Assembly (NCBI GenBank): GCA_965287045.1
Contig: OZ336872.1
Coordinates: forward strand, 42,470,001-42,534,000
From: Carcharhinus amblyrhynchos
Taxonomy: Eukaryota
Length of the DNA stretch: 64,000 bases
Reading direction: 5' to 3'
The translations under genes and the position numbers were made by a program. The notes under the pieces were generated by a model. The model was not told the origin of the DNA. It saw only the letters and a list, made by a program, of their open reading frames with translations, and made no database searches. Shown here one piece after another: positions 1-14,401 of the stretch. Within the stretch, counting starts at the first letter, position 1; every line of letters begins with the position of its first letter.

Positions 1-1232
1 ATTCAAAAGATATTTGCAAAATTGATTTGATTTTTAATTCAACAAACAGAAAATAAATGTGCAGAGAGGGAACATTCAAATAGTTAACAGAAACCAATCA
101 GGTTGTAGTAGTTTCAGGTATGTCCTATTTTTGACTTAATGGAATGTGATCATTTGCAGTTTCAAAAGCCCCGACAAACATCTATCTTTCGAATAATTTA
201 GTATTCATAGGAGTCACCCACAACTGACAGTCCAAATGTGTTTCATTACAGAAGCATAGGTGCAGACTAAACAACTTAATTTACAAAAGGAGGTTGCATC
301 GTTCAAAATGTGAAATCCAAGACAATAATATTTATAAAAGGACACATACTAGACCTTCAATTCTAAAATATGTTGCTCTGTCAGATATCACCAGATTTTT
401 AAAAAATGTCATGGCAGCTTTATCCAGCTTGTGAGGCACACACAGAAAAGACAGAAAGTAGTACAGACCAAGAAATGAAACAAACCACAGAAAGTTCATG
501 TTATGAGGTTTATTCACAGTACAAAAGAAAACAAAGTCAAAAGAAAACACAGGAAATCAATTAACATGCTTTGACTTCAATATTTTCAGTTTATCTGAGC
601 ATTCTTTACACACCAGTGGTATCTTGCACTAACAAACAATTAAATAATTTAATTTTGGCATTTTTCAGGTTGAACAATAAAATGCTGAGGCCTTTTATCA
701 CCTGCATGATAATGCTGGACAAAACAAACTCAGCACCATCAGGCACAATTCTAATGTATTACTAAAATTAAGCACCTTATCTATCCCATTGTTTCCAGTC
801 CTACAAGTATAGAAGAGGCAAGTCCTTCATAATTTGCCTAACACTTAAATCTTATTTAAAATCAAAATACATTTCTTACATGTTTACAGTAGCTTACACA
901 TTAAACTGTTCGAAAGAACGAGTTTAGTTGATAGTGAGAAACATTTAATGGATCAGTCAATACAAATATCACTCAAATTTCCTCAGAGTGATATTGGATT
1001 TTAAAACAAATCTGTCTCCCAATTTTTCCAATTTCTTAATTTGTATATGAGAAAATTGCTGCCATAATCGTTCAGCAAAAGATTCATTCAAACACTGAAA
1101 CACTTTCCTAGATATTGCATCTTCAGAAGTTCCACATGACCTTCAAAGTTTATCAATGGGCTGTTACTACAATGGCAAACTCAAAAGATTCTGTTTTATG
1201 AACAAAGGGCTGAAACATAGTAATACAAAAAA

Positions 1233-1305
1233 ACTTGGGATATATATATAGCACTTTTCATGACCACAGAATGTCCCAAAGTACTTTACAGCCAATGAAT
1301 TACAA
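1233..1305 (-). mobile_element. Old DeuSINE/L2-type 3' tail fragment
   Basis: tatatagcacttttcatgaccacagaatgtcccaaagtactttacagccaatg resembles the reverse complement of the DeuSINE (SacSINE1/AmnSINE-like) 3' end; a similar copy lies at 61381-61480. Confidence 0.55.
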
Positions 1306-1994
1306 AAACAAGTTTGCTCCAAAGTATCGTATTTATTAATCCCAAGTTATCTGGCTTTACATTATAAAATAACTTGCAATAAGTGAAAAAAAATTCTGCA
1401 AGATGAGTATGCCTTAAAGAAAAAGATGTGCTTGAAGCAATGCAAATAATAATGCTAATCGGATCATTGTACCCCTCAGATATGTGACATCAGGGGCACA
1501 TAGAACTATCAGATCAAATGTAACACATGCAGAATTCCCTGCAAAATTGAATTTAAGTTTCAGATACTTTATTAAACATTCAAAATGAAAACTTGTGCTC
1601 AGTAGTAGTTGAGCATGATGCAATAGGTTCCTGCAAAAATCTGTTAAATGTGGAAAATGACAAAGCAAGCTGGACCACTTGATCTCAGACCTCATTCCCC
1701 TTTCTTAAAAATCATTTCCACATTGTAGTTTCCATTAGACTGTTGCAGCAGATGTTGGCTGTTAAACCCCACAGACGACACAGTTCACAACTTCACTGAG
1801 ACGGCTGCTAGCCACATCTGCAGCTGATGAGACTGAGAGCGGAGAAGTGTGGCAGACAGCCTGTCCAAAGCACTGTATTCCACTCTGCCCTATGAAAAAA
1901 AAATCACTTTCTGCAACCTTCTACTTGTTAACCTCTCTGTTTATGCCATTTAGAAGCAGCCTATCAATGTAACTTCCTCAATACAACTTTGAGC

Positions 1995-2016
1995 TGTGTG
2001 TGTGTGTGTGTGTGTG
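1995..2016. repeat. (TG)n microsatellite
   Basis: About 10 TG units, directly visible. Confidence 0.95.
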
Positions 2017-4417
2017 CATGGGACAGAAAATGAGAGCATCCAGGAAGCAATGTGTTCGCACAGAGGAAGCAAGCTGTGGCAGCATTTCACAAACCACAAC
2101 ACCTCTGCTAACTCCTCATTAACTGGGCTGCATTCCAAATTCATTTACAGCCCCTAGAGAAAGCAGCTTCTTGTGTTTATTAAAATGACAAAACAGAACA
2201 GATTTACATATGCAAAACACAGAAGCAACAGGCATTCCCCTCAATTGACCTACAGCATGTAGGAGCTGTTGTGGCAGCATAGTTATTCCCTCACAGATTC
2301 TGTACCAACTCAGATGCGTAAGAATACCATCTGGGTACCGCTTATTTAAATCTGGCAGCTTTCCTACAGCAAGCTGGAATGGAAGTGTAAGGAAATAAAC
2401 TGCATCATTTACTTAACATTCACTTACTGTTGTTGCTGTAAAACACTTAAAGAACAATCAGCTTCATTATTTCTACTGTGTCATCCAAATAATGTTTTGC
2501 AACTTAGGCTATAAACAGCAGTACAACAAGACTTTGGATTCATAATGAAATGACAGCAGTGATTTCATTCTAGCTAAGTCCCTCACATGTGAAAGACGCA
2601 GCACAGTAATCTTGCAGACCACCGTGACCTGAGTAGCACACATCCTTTTTAAAACCAATACTTCTTTTGAAGTGGGTTTCACTGGGCCTAGTATTCTGTA
2701 AAACATCAACTCAGTGAGGCCATCGCTGGTATCTATAACCTCCTTTGTATCAGGCACTTTCACATTTTCAACAACTCAACCACAGCCTGTCACGTTAGCA
2801 TCAAAATATGAATCCCCAAATCCCTAATCATAACTGACACTGGAGCTTTTTTTTAGGTCCAGAGAAAACTCTTTCACTCCAAAACAAAACAAAGCTAAGC
2901 AACATCTTACTCATTAGAGTACAGCATGAAATGTCTGTAATATTCATTCAAGTAATAAGATCTTTACAAATTTGCTTTGACTGCACATTATGAAAGAGGA
3001 GTGGTACATTTCAGATTGACTGCAGGATTAGTCACACACAAGTATGACTACAACATCTGGTGCATGCTGACACAGAGCTGTATGTTTTTAACAGCAGTGG
3101 GCAGTGCCTGAATGATCGCAATCTTTTGGTGACATGATTGAGAACAGGCATAAAAAACCCTTCCTAATTTGTTCTTCTGACTTATACCCAATTTGCCCTG
3201 TCAAGTTGACAGAACTAAACCAATATCCCTATCGGCATATTTTTGGCACTGAGTATAAACTCTTCAAATCTGGAGTTTCAAAGTCACCCCACTTCTGGGG
3301 TAGGCTTCAAATCAACAGCAATTCAGAGGCAGTACACTGTGAACTGTCACTGAATTTCAAGCTGACAGCTACATCCAAGGAACATCTACCTTCACTGAAT
3401 CGTTGCACTGTAGGGACACACAAACAGAGTCATTATCCGTGCACGTGTGGTCACAATGGATGTACATTAATGAAGGTCAAGGAGAGACCAAACAGTCCAA
3501 GTTCCTATACATAAAAAAGGCCAAATCTGTTGACATTAGAAACACATTTTTGAAATGATCAGGCAGTCCTACTCAGCATAAATGCAGCACACGAGGTAAC
3601 CAAGCAAAGCTTACTCTTTGTAATGTACCTATCAGAATGTACCTTCCAGAAACAATCAACATTAAATTTATTATGTTTTAATAATAATCCTGCGCTTTGT
3701 GGTTAGAAATATACAATAATTTGCAAATTATTCTCTATAAAACAAGATAACCATATGTCACATTGCTCTCTGAGTAGCTGCTAGCGGAAGCTTGCTCTCC
3801 ATTTTGCATGGGGAGAGCTGAATGGCACTGCCCAAACAAACATACTGAAACTTGCCTTGCCCAACACATCTAAACGATGCATTAATGACATGAAAACAGA
3901 GCACATAATGTAGATATTGCGCACTGATTTTGTAACCTATTAAGCAAGAACGGACATGTATGTGGACTGTCTTTTGAAACGGAGGGTGGACTCAACAGGT
4001 TGAAACCAAAGGCGGAGACTGTCACTCCAATTTAAGAAGGTAATTGTTAAGATTCTAAAACAGCTTGAAGATTTGGAGCTTTTTAAAAATGTTTATTTAG
4101 CTACATTACCAAAATATTGGCTTGCTTGTATAGTCATTACCACCTACTTCCCTCGCCCATCCCCTCAATGCATAGGGGTTAATGAAATGCAGTATTGCAA
4201 AAATATCCTGAATCAAAATAAATAGTAGCAATCATAATATGTAGAGAAAAAGATGTCAGTTGATAGCTTCATGTGCATATGCACTATCTAGTATAGTTCT
4301 GAATAATAAGAAGACTGCCAATCTATAGCAGTCTTATCCAACGATGGCACGTTAGCTGAAACACCCATGAGAGGTTTACCAATAGCTTCCCTGATCCAAA
4401 GATGGAAGGGGTGAAAT

Positions 4418-4645
4418 AAAACAAAAAAAGGAAAAACTCAGCAGGTCTGGCAACGTGAGGTGAGAGAAACGGAATTTTGAATCAAATATGAATCTTCTTC
4501 AAAAGGACTCCAAAGAAGACACTTTCAATTTAAAATACTAACTCCATTTCTCTCTCCATAGATGCTGCAGACCTGCTGAGTTTTTCAGGCACTTTTCTGT
4601 TTTATTTCAGATTTGCAGCATCTACCATATTTTGCTGTTATTTTA
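4418..4645. mobile_element. Fold-back (inverted-repeat) element, Penelope-like terminus derived
   Basis: Perfect 19-bp inverted arms gaaaaactcagcaggtctg (4431-4449) and cagacctgctgagtttttc (4568-4586); same family at 5130, 14402 and 63040. Confidence 0.75.
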
Positions 4646-5129
4646 GGGAGGGGTTTTGTGGTTGTGGGTGGTGGCAAAAGAGGTTATAATCCAGATCCAT
4701 TTGCATGGATATCAGGCGAGAACAGAATCAAGGATGGAAGTGATACCATCACAACTCAATATCATGCCGACACTCATTGTCTGGACTCATGAATTAGGAA
4801 TGGTTGCTTGGGTGAGGCACTTAAAAGCCAGCACCTGTGGAAACACACATCAGAAGTGCCTTCAGGGAAGGAGAGTGGAAATATTTTTACAAATATAGTT
4901 CTTAGTGACAATTCTTTTAGCTGATGAGTTTTCAATATTCATTGAGAATATAAAAATTAGCATATTTTTCCTCAGATCAGTTGATCCAACTATTTATTCA
5001 TACTGGCACATTACTGCATATAGTGTGATACCTGAATACTTGTTCTTCTTTGGAAATGCTTCAGCTCCAGGTGTCACAAAAACCTGCAAAGCTTCTCAGT
5101 GAGCTCATTCAAACTGGCACTTTTACTGT

Positions 5130-5228
5130 GATAAATGCAAAATATTCTGTGGATGCTGGAATCTGAAACAAAAATAGAAAGTGCTGGAAAATCTCAACAG
5201 GCTGGTAGCAGCTGTGGAGAGAGAACAG
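5130..5228 (+). mobile_element. Single arm of the same fold-back family
   Basis: gcaaaatattctgtggatgctggaatctgaaacaaaaatagaaagtgctggaaaatctc is inverted relative to 4575-4637. Confidence 0.7.
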
Positions 5229-5381
5229 AGCCAAAGGGCAAGGAAGCCGTATTAAGATGAAGAGGGCAAACGATGATGAAAATATTGACAATTTCAAGTT
5301 TAAGACCTAGTGATGCAAGATCTCGGTTCACTCAGTAGCAGGACACTTGCTTTCTACTTTTCTTTCCCTCACAATAAGGGT

Positions 5382-5838
5382 GGGGGTGGAATTTTACCAG
5401 GTGTGGCGGCATCAAGTATCCCAGGCCCGCACCAGTGCTTGGATCAATTGGGGCCCATAGGTAAACAGCCAATGGATGATCACCAAAAGCCCCAGAGAAG
5501 GGGGTCCCTCCTATTTGTACCCTGTATTTCCTTTTCCATGGGCTCCCCACTACTGTCCTAACCCAAACCCCCTTCCCTCCCCTTGCCAGGGCCTCCAATC
5601 TGGTGAAATCCATAACTTACCTGGGTCTTGGCTACATGCCTCCTCAGCTGTATGTAGTACAAGAGAAGTGGCCACGGCTCTGAGTGGTTCTGCTGGGACC
5701 AAGTCTTGCCCTGAACCAACTGAAACCCAAAAGCCATTAAATCACTGCAGAGTGATCTAGCCAAGTGGAGACCAGACACAAGTTCCAACTTTTCAGCTGG
5801 AGGCAGGGACCACCCTGCTCTGCATTAAATTCTAGCCC
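5382..5838. mobile_element. Non-autonomous DNA transposon (MITE, Harbinger-like TIR)
   Basis: Left end ggggtggaatttt, right end aaattctagccc (rc gggctagaattt); GC-rich interior in AT-rich surroundings. Confidence 0.55.
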
Positions 5839-8487
5839 AAATTTCTGATGGCTCCAAAATAAGACAAGCTTTGAGAGAGGAAACATTTTATTTTACACTT
5901 TATTATTCATAAAAAAGCAGTTACATGTACAACCTTTAGCAGTCAATTCAAGAGCATATTTGCAGAAATACAAGAAGGTGTAACTTTTCCCAGTCACTCA
6001 TGTTTCTTGCACAGAAATTGGTCTGTGGCAACGGGAAGAATGGAAGAGTAGAATCAAAGTTATATAAAGAAACAAAGAGCAAAGATAAATCACAGCTGTT
6101 ACTGTATATTCATATTTTCATTTGAATATTTACCATTGTTCAATCTAATGGAGTATAAGCTGAGTTTCAAGACAGTCTTGCATTTATTACTTCAAACACA
6201 ACAATCCAGGATGTAAACAAATATCATGAAAATATCAATTGTTCCATGCAAATCCAGATAAATTGCAACATCCTTTTTAACAAGCTATGGGAAAGTAAAA
6301 CACATAACATACAATAGCATACTTTTATATGTTTCTGATATTATATTTGAAGATTCTCCTCAGTGCATCAATAAGTCTCCATTAATGTAGATTAAATTTA
6401 ACAACCTTCTTCAAACATGATCATGCTGACCTGAGATCTGCACTTGAATTAAAATCAAAATCTTAGTAACTCATTGACTACAACCCTGACCTGGAACATC
6501 ATACCTTCAAGGACCTCTTTCAATGTTGATCTAAGCTTGTGACGATCCGACATCACAATGACTTTAAAGCACAGCAATCTAAAGAGTGACCCACAATTAC
6601 TCAAAAATCTTTAATCACTAACATCTCCGAACAATAAGTGACATCGAATCAGTAAAATAAGCAGTGAATAATGCAGTCACACTGATTGGCAACTGTCCAT
6701 CAGCCTAGCGGAGAAGTTAAATCTGCTATTGTTTGTGTTCTGCTGAGTATGCACAAATCAATAAGCATGTCTTGACAGCACTGGTCATGAATGTGAAAGG
6801 TTGGAACACCCTTGGAATGTTACTGGTTTTGTGTTAGTGGCATAAGAATGTCACATGTCCTAGAATAAACAAGGAACCCAACAGCAAAAGTTACAAGTAC
6901 CTACTTATTGACTGAAGGCCAGGTTTGGAATGGCTAGCTTTTTTTAAAGAAAACTATTCCTTTATTCAAACCATCTGCTTTATTTCTCCTGGAGCTACAT
7001 TTTACATCCACAGATTAGGTAGACTGACCCCCCTGTAGGAAATAGGGTGCTATGATATTAGATCAGCAACACAACATCATCACAGCAGTTTCCAAAATTA
7101 CAGAAGATATGCGGGTGCAGAAAACTGACAGCCAACCCACCATTTTGAAATTACTAATTAGCAAGTTACTGAGTTTGTTAACAACTCGACTGTCTGAACT
7201 TTTTCATTGCCCGCCACGTTTTTGGACCTCAGCCATGAAAAGGTTTAGGAATATTTTACGCCCACAATGTCAAGGTGACACAAGAGCGGAAGCAAAGGCT
7301 TGTCTCCAGGACAAAGGCTGAATGTATCAGCAGATTCTACTAGTGAAGGTGACAACGTTTGCATATTTTTTTCAAACTTTTTCTGAGCCTTCAATAAAAC
7401 ATAAAGAGACATTTGGAGAGCAAGGGCCCTTTAAACTTGTCAACACGACTGACATCCCATTTGCAGCATTATCCCTCTGTCTTGGTACACAATCCTAACT
7501 CAGCCCAGAGCCCCCCGCTCCCTTCCTTTTACACCTCTAATTGGCCCCCTTCTTTCTAGAGTCACTAATTGTCCACCATTTGCTTGATTGGATGAGCTGA
7601 ACTGGTGGGGCGGGGCTGGGGGGGGTTGCGGTTCATGGAGGCTGGGGGACAGGGGCAGCAGGACTAAGTTGACCATGCAGTTTCCATTCCATGTTCCTCA
7701 GCCCACCAAATAACATAAAATCCAGACCCTTGTTTTGAGTTCCATTTTTTCTACTTTTCCTCTCTTTTATATTTTACTTTTCATGTCACTTCCATTAAAT
7801 GCAGCTTTTCTCCCCACCTACAATTCAAATAGAGGAACATACAACTTTACGCAGTGCCATTTCTGAAATATAAGTTAAAAGAAATGTACAACTGCATGAT
7901 CAATCAGAATGTATGTGTCTCCAGTAACCCTACAGATTTGCTTGCTAAGATCTTAACCATATGCTTCACAAGCCAAAATGCACACAAGTTGGGACAATGC
8001 TGCAATGATGTGTGCTTTCTCTTCTAAGTGGTCCCTATAAAGCTGTGAGAAGCCATTATAACCAGAAGAACGGGCATTGGTTTCTATTAATAATGGTAAC
8101 ATTCTGCTTTTCACCTTACAAAAAAATGGAGCATGCAGTAAAATAAGGTTTATTATCAGGTACAAAATACACTACCATTGCAGGACAGACATTGGTCAGA
8201 ATGCAAGGATTAATACATCACCACAATCCTCTTGCGAATGTGAAATTTTACTCTGACATACACAGAAAATAGCAACTGAACAGTGTTGTCATTTTGTCAG
8301 ATACACAATCATTCTGAGCCTGCTTATTTTGCACTGTAAGGAGATCTTTCAATCTGAGGTATATTTTGTGAGGGTTACAATTTAGCCAAGTGCTGAAGTT
8401 CTGTGGTGTCACCTAATCATCTGAAGGAAAGGGACTGCCTTGTAAGTGGTTGCAAATCCTTTGATTATTCTGTTTGGGATAAATTAT

Positions 8488-8730
8488 TTGTTAGCTGAGT
8501 TGGCTACATGGCTAGAGTGTGATGCAGAGTAATGCCAACATTTAATGGGTTCAATCTCTGTACTGGCTGTGGTAATTTGTGGAGGCCTGTATCTTTGCCC
8601 CACCCCACAGTTGTGGACAGATGTCCCTGCATTTAACAGAAGTGAAATGAAAAGTAACATCCCTCAAGCTATATATAACCAATTAACTCTAATATGGAGA
8701 TAAATGTCTGTGGTCCTTTGTGACCTATGT
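8488..8730 (+). mobile_element. Old tRNA-derived SINE (second family)
   Basis: gctgagttggct...gtgatgcagagtaatgccaaca...gggttcaat matches the copies at 39972 and 54332. Confidence 0.55.
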
Positions 8731-9112
8731 CTAATTACCATAAAATTTACCAGTAACCAAAAGGATGAGAAAACTTTTATGTATAGCAAGTGCCTGCTCA
8801 AAACAGTAGTGAATTAGGAGATCTGTGTACACACTAAGAAACTGATGAAGCATGCAATATTCTTGAACTTGAAATAGAAATAGCCAATTCTTGTGCTGAG
8901 TTTGGAAGAAGTTAGGCACATCACAATTTAACAACAGAGCTCAGAGATCATTCTTAGTTCCACAATTTTGACGTTAGTAATGTTTGACAAAAATAAACAA
9001 ACTATTCCATTGCTAATAGATGATTCAATGTCAACAGATGTAGTTAATTTCAACAGTCCTGCTGACCCAATGTAATACAAATAACAATCTTAACCTATTT
9101 TGTGTAGTTGCG

Positions 9113-9478
9113 TTGATTCACCAGGATATTGCCTGCGCTGAAGCACAGATAGGAAGAAATTTTCCCCCTTGGTAGAGAAGTCAATAACAAGGAGGCATAA
9201 ATTTAAGGTAAGGGGCAAGACATTTAGAGGGGATTTGAGGAAAGGTTTTTTTTAACCCAGAGGGTGCTGGGAATCTGGAACTCACTGCCTGAACAGCTAA
9301 CAGAGGCAGGAACCATCACAACATTTAAGAGGCATTTAGATGAGCACTTGAAATGCAATAGCATTCAAGGCAATGGGCCAAGTAATGGAAAATGGAATCA
9401 GAATAGATAGGTGTTTGATGGCTGGCACAGACTCAATAGGCTGAAAGGCCCCCCTCCTGTGCCAGTAAAGCTGTATGA
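9113..9478 (+). mobile_element. CR1/HER1-type LINE 3' end
   Basis: Typical CR1 3' segment (ttttttaacccagagggtgctgggaatctggaactcactgcctg = IWNSLP) and tail ggctgaaaggccc...cctgtg. Confidence 0.85.
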
Positions 9479-9604
9479 ACAGGATTTTATGCCCTCACTC
9501 ATCTGAGAACCATAAAATCCTATCCGGGGTCAACAAATCTTTCCGTGATCCACCCCTTGCCCGCTCCAATTCCTGTGGTGGGCAGGGCAGTAAAATTCTG
9601 GCCT
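9478..9604. mobile_element. Short MITE relic
   Basis: acaggattttatg at the left, gtaaaattctggcc at the right, and an internal cataaaatcct inverted to the left end. Confidence 0.45.
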
Positions 9605-9753
9605 ATGATTCCATTCCTTCCACTACTCTTAAGGTCAATTCAGAAAACCATGCTGCTTGAAGTTAAGCTGGTGCAAATTTGGGAGAAAGATTCAAACTGA
9701 TGCTTAACAAGCTTTTTAAAAAGTTGCTGTTAGGCCCCTACATAAATAACGGT

Positions 9754-10050
9754 GGCAGCACGGTGACACAGTGGTTAGTACTGCTGCCTCACGCCACAAG
9801 GGACCTGGTTCAATTCCCAACTTGGGTGACTGTGCAGAGTCTGCACATTCACCCCGTATCTGCATGGTTTTCTTCTGGGTGCTCTGGTTTCCTTCCACAA
9901 TCCAAATGATGTGCTGGTTAGGTGGACTGGCCATGCTAAATACTCCCTCAATGTACCTGAACAGGCGCTGGAGTGGCGACTGGGGGATTTTTACAGTAAC
10001 TTCATTGCAGTGTTAATCTAAGTCTACTTGTGACATTAATAAATAAACTT
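9754..10050 (+). mobile_element. tRNA-derived V-SINE (HE1-like head, tail type B)
   Basis: A/B-box head cagtggttag...ggttcaattcc, V-domain gggtgctctggtttccttccaca, tail ttgtgacattaataaataaactt. Confidence 0.92.
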
Positions 10051-11334
10051 AATTGTGTATTTATCCTGCTTAATCTTCAAAACAATTTAAAATGACTATA
10101 TTTTAATGCACAATTAACATGCACTGACTCCAGTACAAGTGTATAGTAATCCGCCCATTACCAGTCGCTACATTCAATATTGTTCTCACTGCTTTGATTC
10201 TTTCAATTTTATTTCCATCATCAATCTACAAATTATCTTTCCCTCCCATCTTTGTTTTGCATTTGGAAGCCTAACTTATTCCATCCACTGCAACCTCCTA
10301 TTGAAAGACCTAATCAAGAAATGGAAAGGTGATAAGCAACCAAGGAAAAGAAATTTAATGACAGATTCCAAATATATTAATCTTGAATAGTGACCAGTAA
10401 AAACAAATTAAGTTGTTCATTTCTATGTTCAGTTGACTTCGGAAGATGTGGTTCCCAGCAGACATTATAAGTAATATATATATATAAAGATAATCTATAG
10501 ATAGGTAGATAGATACAAATGACATACATAGTGTGACATTTCTGTGAAGTCTAATTTCATGTTGCTTACTGAACCCAGTTTCCATTTCCTCTCAATAGCA
10601 CAGCAAAGCTTTTTCTACCTTTTCAAGTACAACTCCCATTAATTGCACTCAACATTTCGTTAACATCTTTTTTTGTTATTTATATTGTCACATCTTGTAC
10701 ATCTGTCTACATCTAGCAAAATCAAACTACTGGTTTAACAGTATTTTGATTCAGTAAATACATTGCTGTGAGAAAAAGCTCAGAACAACTAGAGGTAGGA
10801 AACGAGATGTTTATATGGTATATACTGTGATACAATGGTTGTAATGTTTGTCACTGAATGAGACTATCTCTTTTGGTACACTACATTGTAATGATACATT
10901 TTACTACACATGTGTAATTAAATTTGCTGTTCAAAAGCTGCATTACACTATGTGACTGATTATCAAGGATGATTTAATCTAAAATTGCACCTTTGTTCCA
11001 TTATTTATAGACCATAGTCCAAAACTCAAGATGTCCATTTACTGAGGTTTAAACCAAATGGGCACATTTGTTCTGGACAGATATCTATCGGATACTGAGC
11101 TTGTTGAATTGTTGAAACACACTACGACTAGCAAGGAACCACAAGAGACAATGTGGCAAAAGCTAATACATTACACACATGCAAACAGCATTTTTATTAA
11201 ACTGCACTGTCCCATAAATTGACTTTTCCAAAGGAAACATCATAATGAAAGCAACCTGCCAGCAATCCTATTTCATACGCAATCTGTGTTTAAGTCATTT
11301 ATGTGGGATCTCCTGATCACTCAGTGCACTTACC

Positions 11335-11650
11335 CAATAAGTAGCCGAGTCCTATAGAGCAGTAAGGAACCAAGCTCTCAATCTGGGCTACGTCAGCTTA
11401 CCTCAGCTAGGAAACAACAGAGCCTGACAACTGGCCTCACTGTCCCTGGGTAGGAAGGGGAAATTTTGCTAGGGAAAACACACAACTAAGCAATGACCCT
11501 TGTTGGAAGCCAACTGAAAATAGGCTGGGGTCTGCTGTGATATTCCCCTGTCTCCCCAGTAGAACAGGTTGTCAAAACTGTTAAAGCTTGCACACTGCCA
11601 ATTGCCACCAGGAATAAAGAAGGTCAATCAGTGTCAGTAGAACCATGTTA
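11335..11650 (+). mobile_element. Ancient SINE-like repeat relic
   Basis: caactggcctcactgtccctgggtaggaaggggaaatt has degenerate counterparts near 48330-48450 (+) and 41400-41540 (-). Confidence 0.35.
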
Positions 11651-14401
11651 GTAAGTAAACGAAAGACAGGAACAAGCTTGTAAGAAAAATGTATGTGTTC
11701 TTCTTTCTTAAATTTGGTAGTAATTTAAAATATAAATTGTATTCACATTCAATCTCGCTGCATGAATGGTATGAACTTAGTAAAGCAAATATTTGGACAC
11801 TTGGGGATCAAAGTTCTGGTTCTGTACAGTGGAACTTCCAAATATCCAGGTCCACAGATCCCCCCCATCCTAAATTATGGAGACATACATGGGGTGGTCA
11901 GTAGGATCTGTAAAAATACATCAGTGAAGACTATGCCAGAACGAAAGGTCTGGGAAAGTCCTCTCAAGGCACAGAATGGCCTATCTCAGCAACCCCCTAA
12001 AAAGCTATCTAGAAGAAAATCAATCTTCTCTGGACCACCACTCATTTTGCCCTACATTTTGCAGCCTTTGTTAAATCCATAACAATATCTCCACCTGTGA
12101 AGATCAGAATTTCATCCTTGTGGTTTTAAGTTTAACCTGAACTACAAAATACAAAAATCTTAAGAACAAATTTGGTTTCAAATGTAACTTTTGATAAGCA
12201 AGTTTTAAAATAACTAGCTGTAGCACAATGCAGTGTAAAAATCAATTTAAGATGAAGTGTTGCATTCTTTTTTTCAAGGGGAGGGGATGGAATTTACCGT
12301 GACAAATGTGCATAAAATGTGCTCCAAAACCAAACTAAACCAAAATGAACTCACTGGTGTTAAATGAGCTTTAAAATAGTTAAACGCATTGTTAGATTAA
12401 CCGTGTCTATTTGTTCCTGTGTTTCTAACCTTTAAATTTTGCTTGCAGCTAAACAGCTCTTTCAAGCATAAAGGTGCTTTTCAAATTACAATCATTTAGC
12501 ATTTTTTAATAAGCGTAGTGGCTAGCTTTTTTAAAAAAAATCAGGTGCCAATTATGTCAATTAATTTGGTTGTGGGTGGGACACAAAGTGTGTTAAATAT
12601 TAAAAGCTCAGTGTAGATTCCGTCACCAGGTTAAGGCTTGATTCTATCTATTGCAATCGAAATGCAAACGTAGGGCATGTGTAATCAAGGTTGCACAGAT
12701 TACTAATAAAATTACTGTATGCATGGTACCTGCTTTGAAGCAGTCAGGCAAAAGTCCCTCAGCAATGTTCAAAGCTTATACATTACTACGTATAGGCAAA
12801 CTTTAAAATTAACAAGCATTTATGTTCCATTCCTTAATGTAAAGATTCGGTCATTTAAAAAAATACATTAATATTTCCCAGTTGATAGGAAATATTTTAA
12901 AATTCAAATTAAGCTGTGATGCACATGATTGGAGATTTGCAACTTTTCACATACCCCATGTTTGGTCAATACAAAGGCTGGTGACTTATTTGAAAAGTTG
13001 ATTATTATTTACTTACTTCCAAGTGTCAAAAAACTAATTTAAACCAAAACAAATGTATTTCTTCAACTGATCAGACTAGAAATTGACACTGACTCACCGG
13101 ACCAAAGCCATCAGCAGTGGATGTGTGACTGGTTCAGTGACATGGTAATGGGCACATGACAACAATCATTGTACTATAATAATACTGCAAATATTTCTGT
13201 CAGGTTTGCTTGCATTCAAAAGAAAATGCCTGTAAAAGTGAAGTATATTTTCAGTTTGAAATACGAACAGTTTTTGTTGTGAATGCAGTGGTGCTGTCTA
13301 CTGGCCCAACAACCAAGATTTCAGGTGCCAACGAGATTTTAGATGACCTTGACAGATGTTTCACAGGTATGTTTCAACTTTACTATGAAGACATTCCAGC
13401 ATCTTAAAGCATAATTTATAAACCATTTAAAAAGTATACCTTCTGCCTGTGTCTCTGTAATGCAATATCATTGGTACTGTTAATTAATAACAAAGTCAAT
13501 CAATTTCCTTGTAATATACAGTATCCTAATCTCAATTACACTCTTCATTGGAATATAATTTACTGGACGTCAAATTCACATATTTGATGAAGAACTAATC
13601 AGTTCAATAAGTCAGTAATTTAAACTTTTATTTTTCTATAAATTAAGCAATATAGTTTGTAACAATGGAATGATTTTGCTTCCTTTTCCCCCAAAGCTTT
13701 CCAAGCCTTTAATCATTCACTTAGCTTGTTTTAGATGCATAGAAACGAAGTGTTAAACTTCTGAATGTGCTTTTATGAACCATCCTTAATATGGTAAGAT
13801 TTTGCTAACATTGCGGAGCTTCTTAAAACTGCATCGCCCACACAACCGTTACTATAGTTTATCAACAGTCCACAAAAAATTATGTAGTCTCTTAGGGTGG
13901 AAAAAAAATACAATTCCAATTCTTTCCATTTTGAAGCTGTTAAAACTTCAATCATTGCAGCAAATCACATTCACTGTTTACACTGGATCTGTAAGGCTGG
14001 CTGTCAATCATAGATAATGACAAAGTGCAATAATATATAATATTTCTGTGTTCGGACTATATATGGAAAAAAGTTATTATGGCATATTATCATAAATGGA
14101 TTGCCAGCAGGCCTTCTGGACACAGTGTAAACAGATAGTGTTATATTTACAAACACTCAAATTTGAATTCATTAGATTTTTAAAGAGGATTTGAATCACA
14201 ATTTTAAGTGCTTTCTTTGTTACACTAATGGAGTTTTTTTTTAAGCCAGAAAATTTGACAGAAATAAGCTTTTAGTCTACAGTTGGAACCAAGTGAAACA
14301 ACACTATAATCGAAGATGGAATGAAATTGTTTCTGGTCTACTTTCAACACAGAATCCTCAGTTTCCAGATCTTTGTGTGAAATAAACCAAATATGAATTT
14401 A

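Noticed and set aside
1800-1862. Possible pre-miRNA hairpin (gccaca...tgtggc)
   Set aside because: Pairing is short and interrupted, and I recognise no mature miRNA
9754-9830. tRNA-like sequences with A and B boxes
   Set aside because: They are SINE heads continuing into V-domains, with no complete cloverleaf
9679-10016. Recurrent ORFs such as WLALLPHS...GFSPGAPVSSHS (also at 25682, 33570, 35557, 45489, 47764, 54017, 62568)
   Set aside because: These are translations of SINE copies, not a gene family
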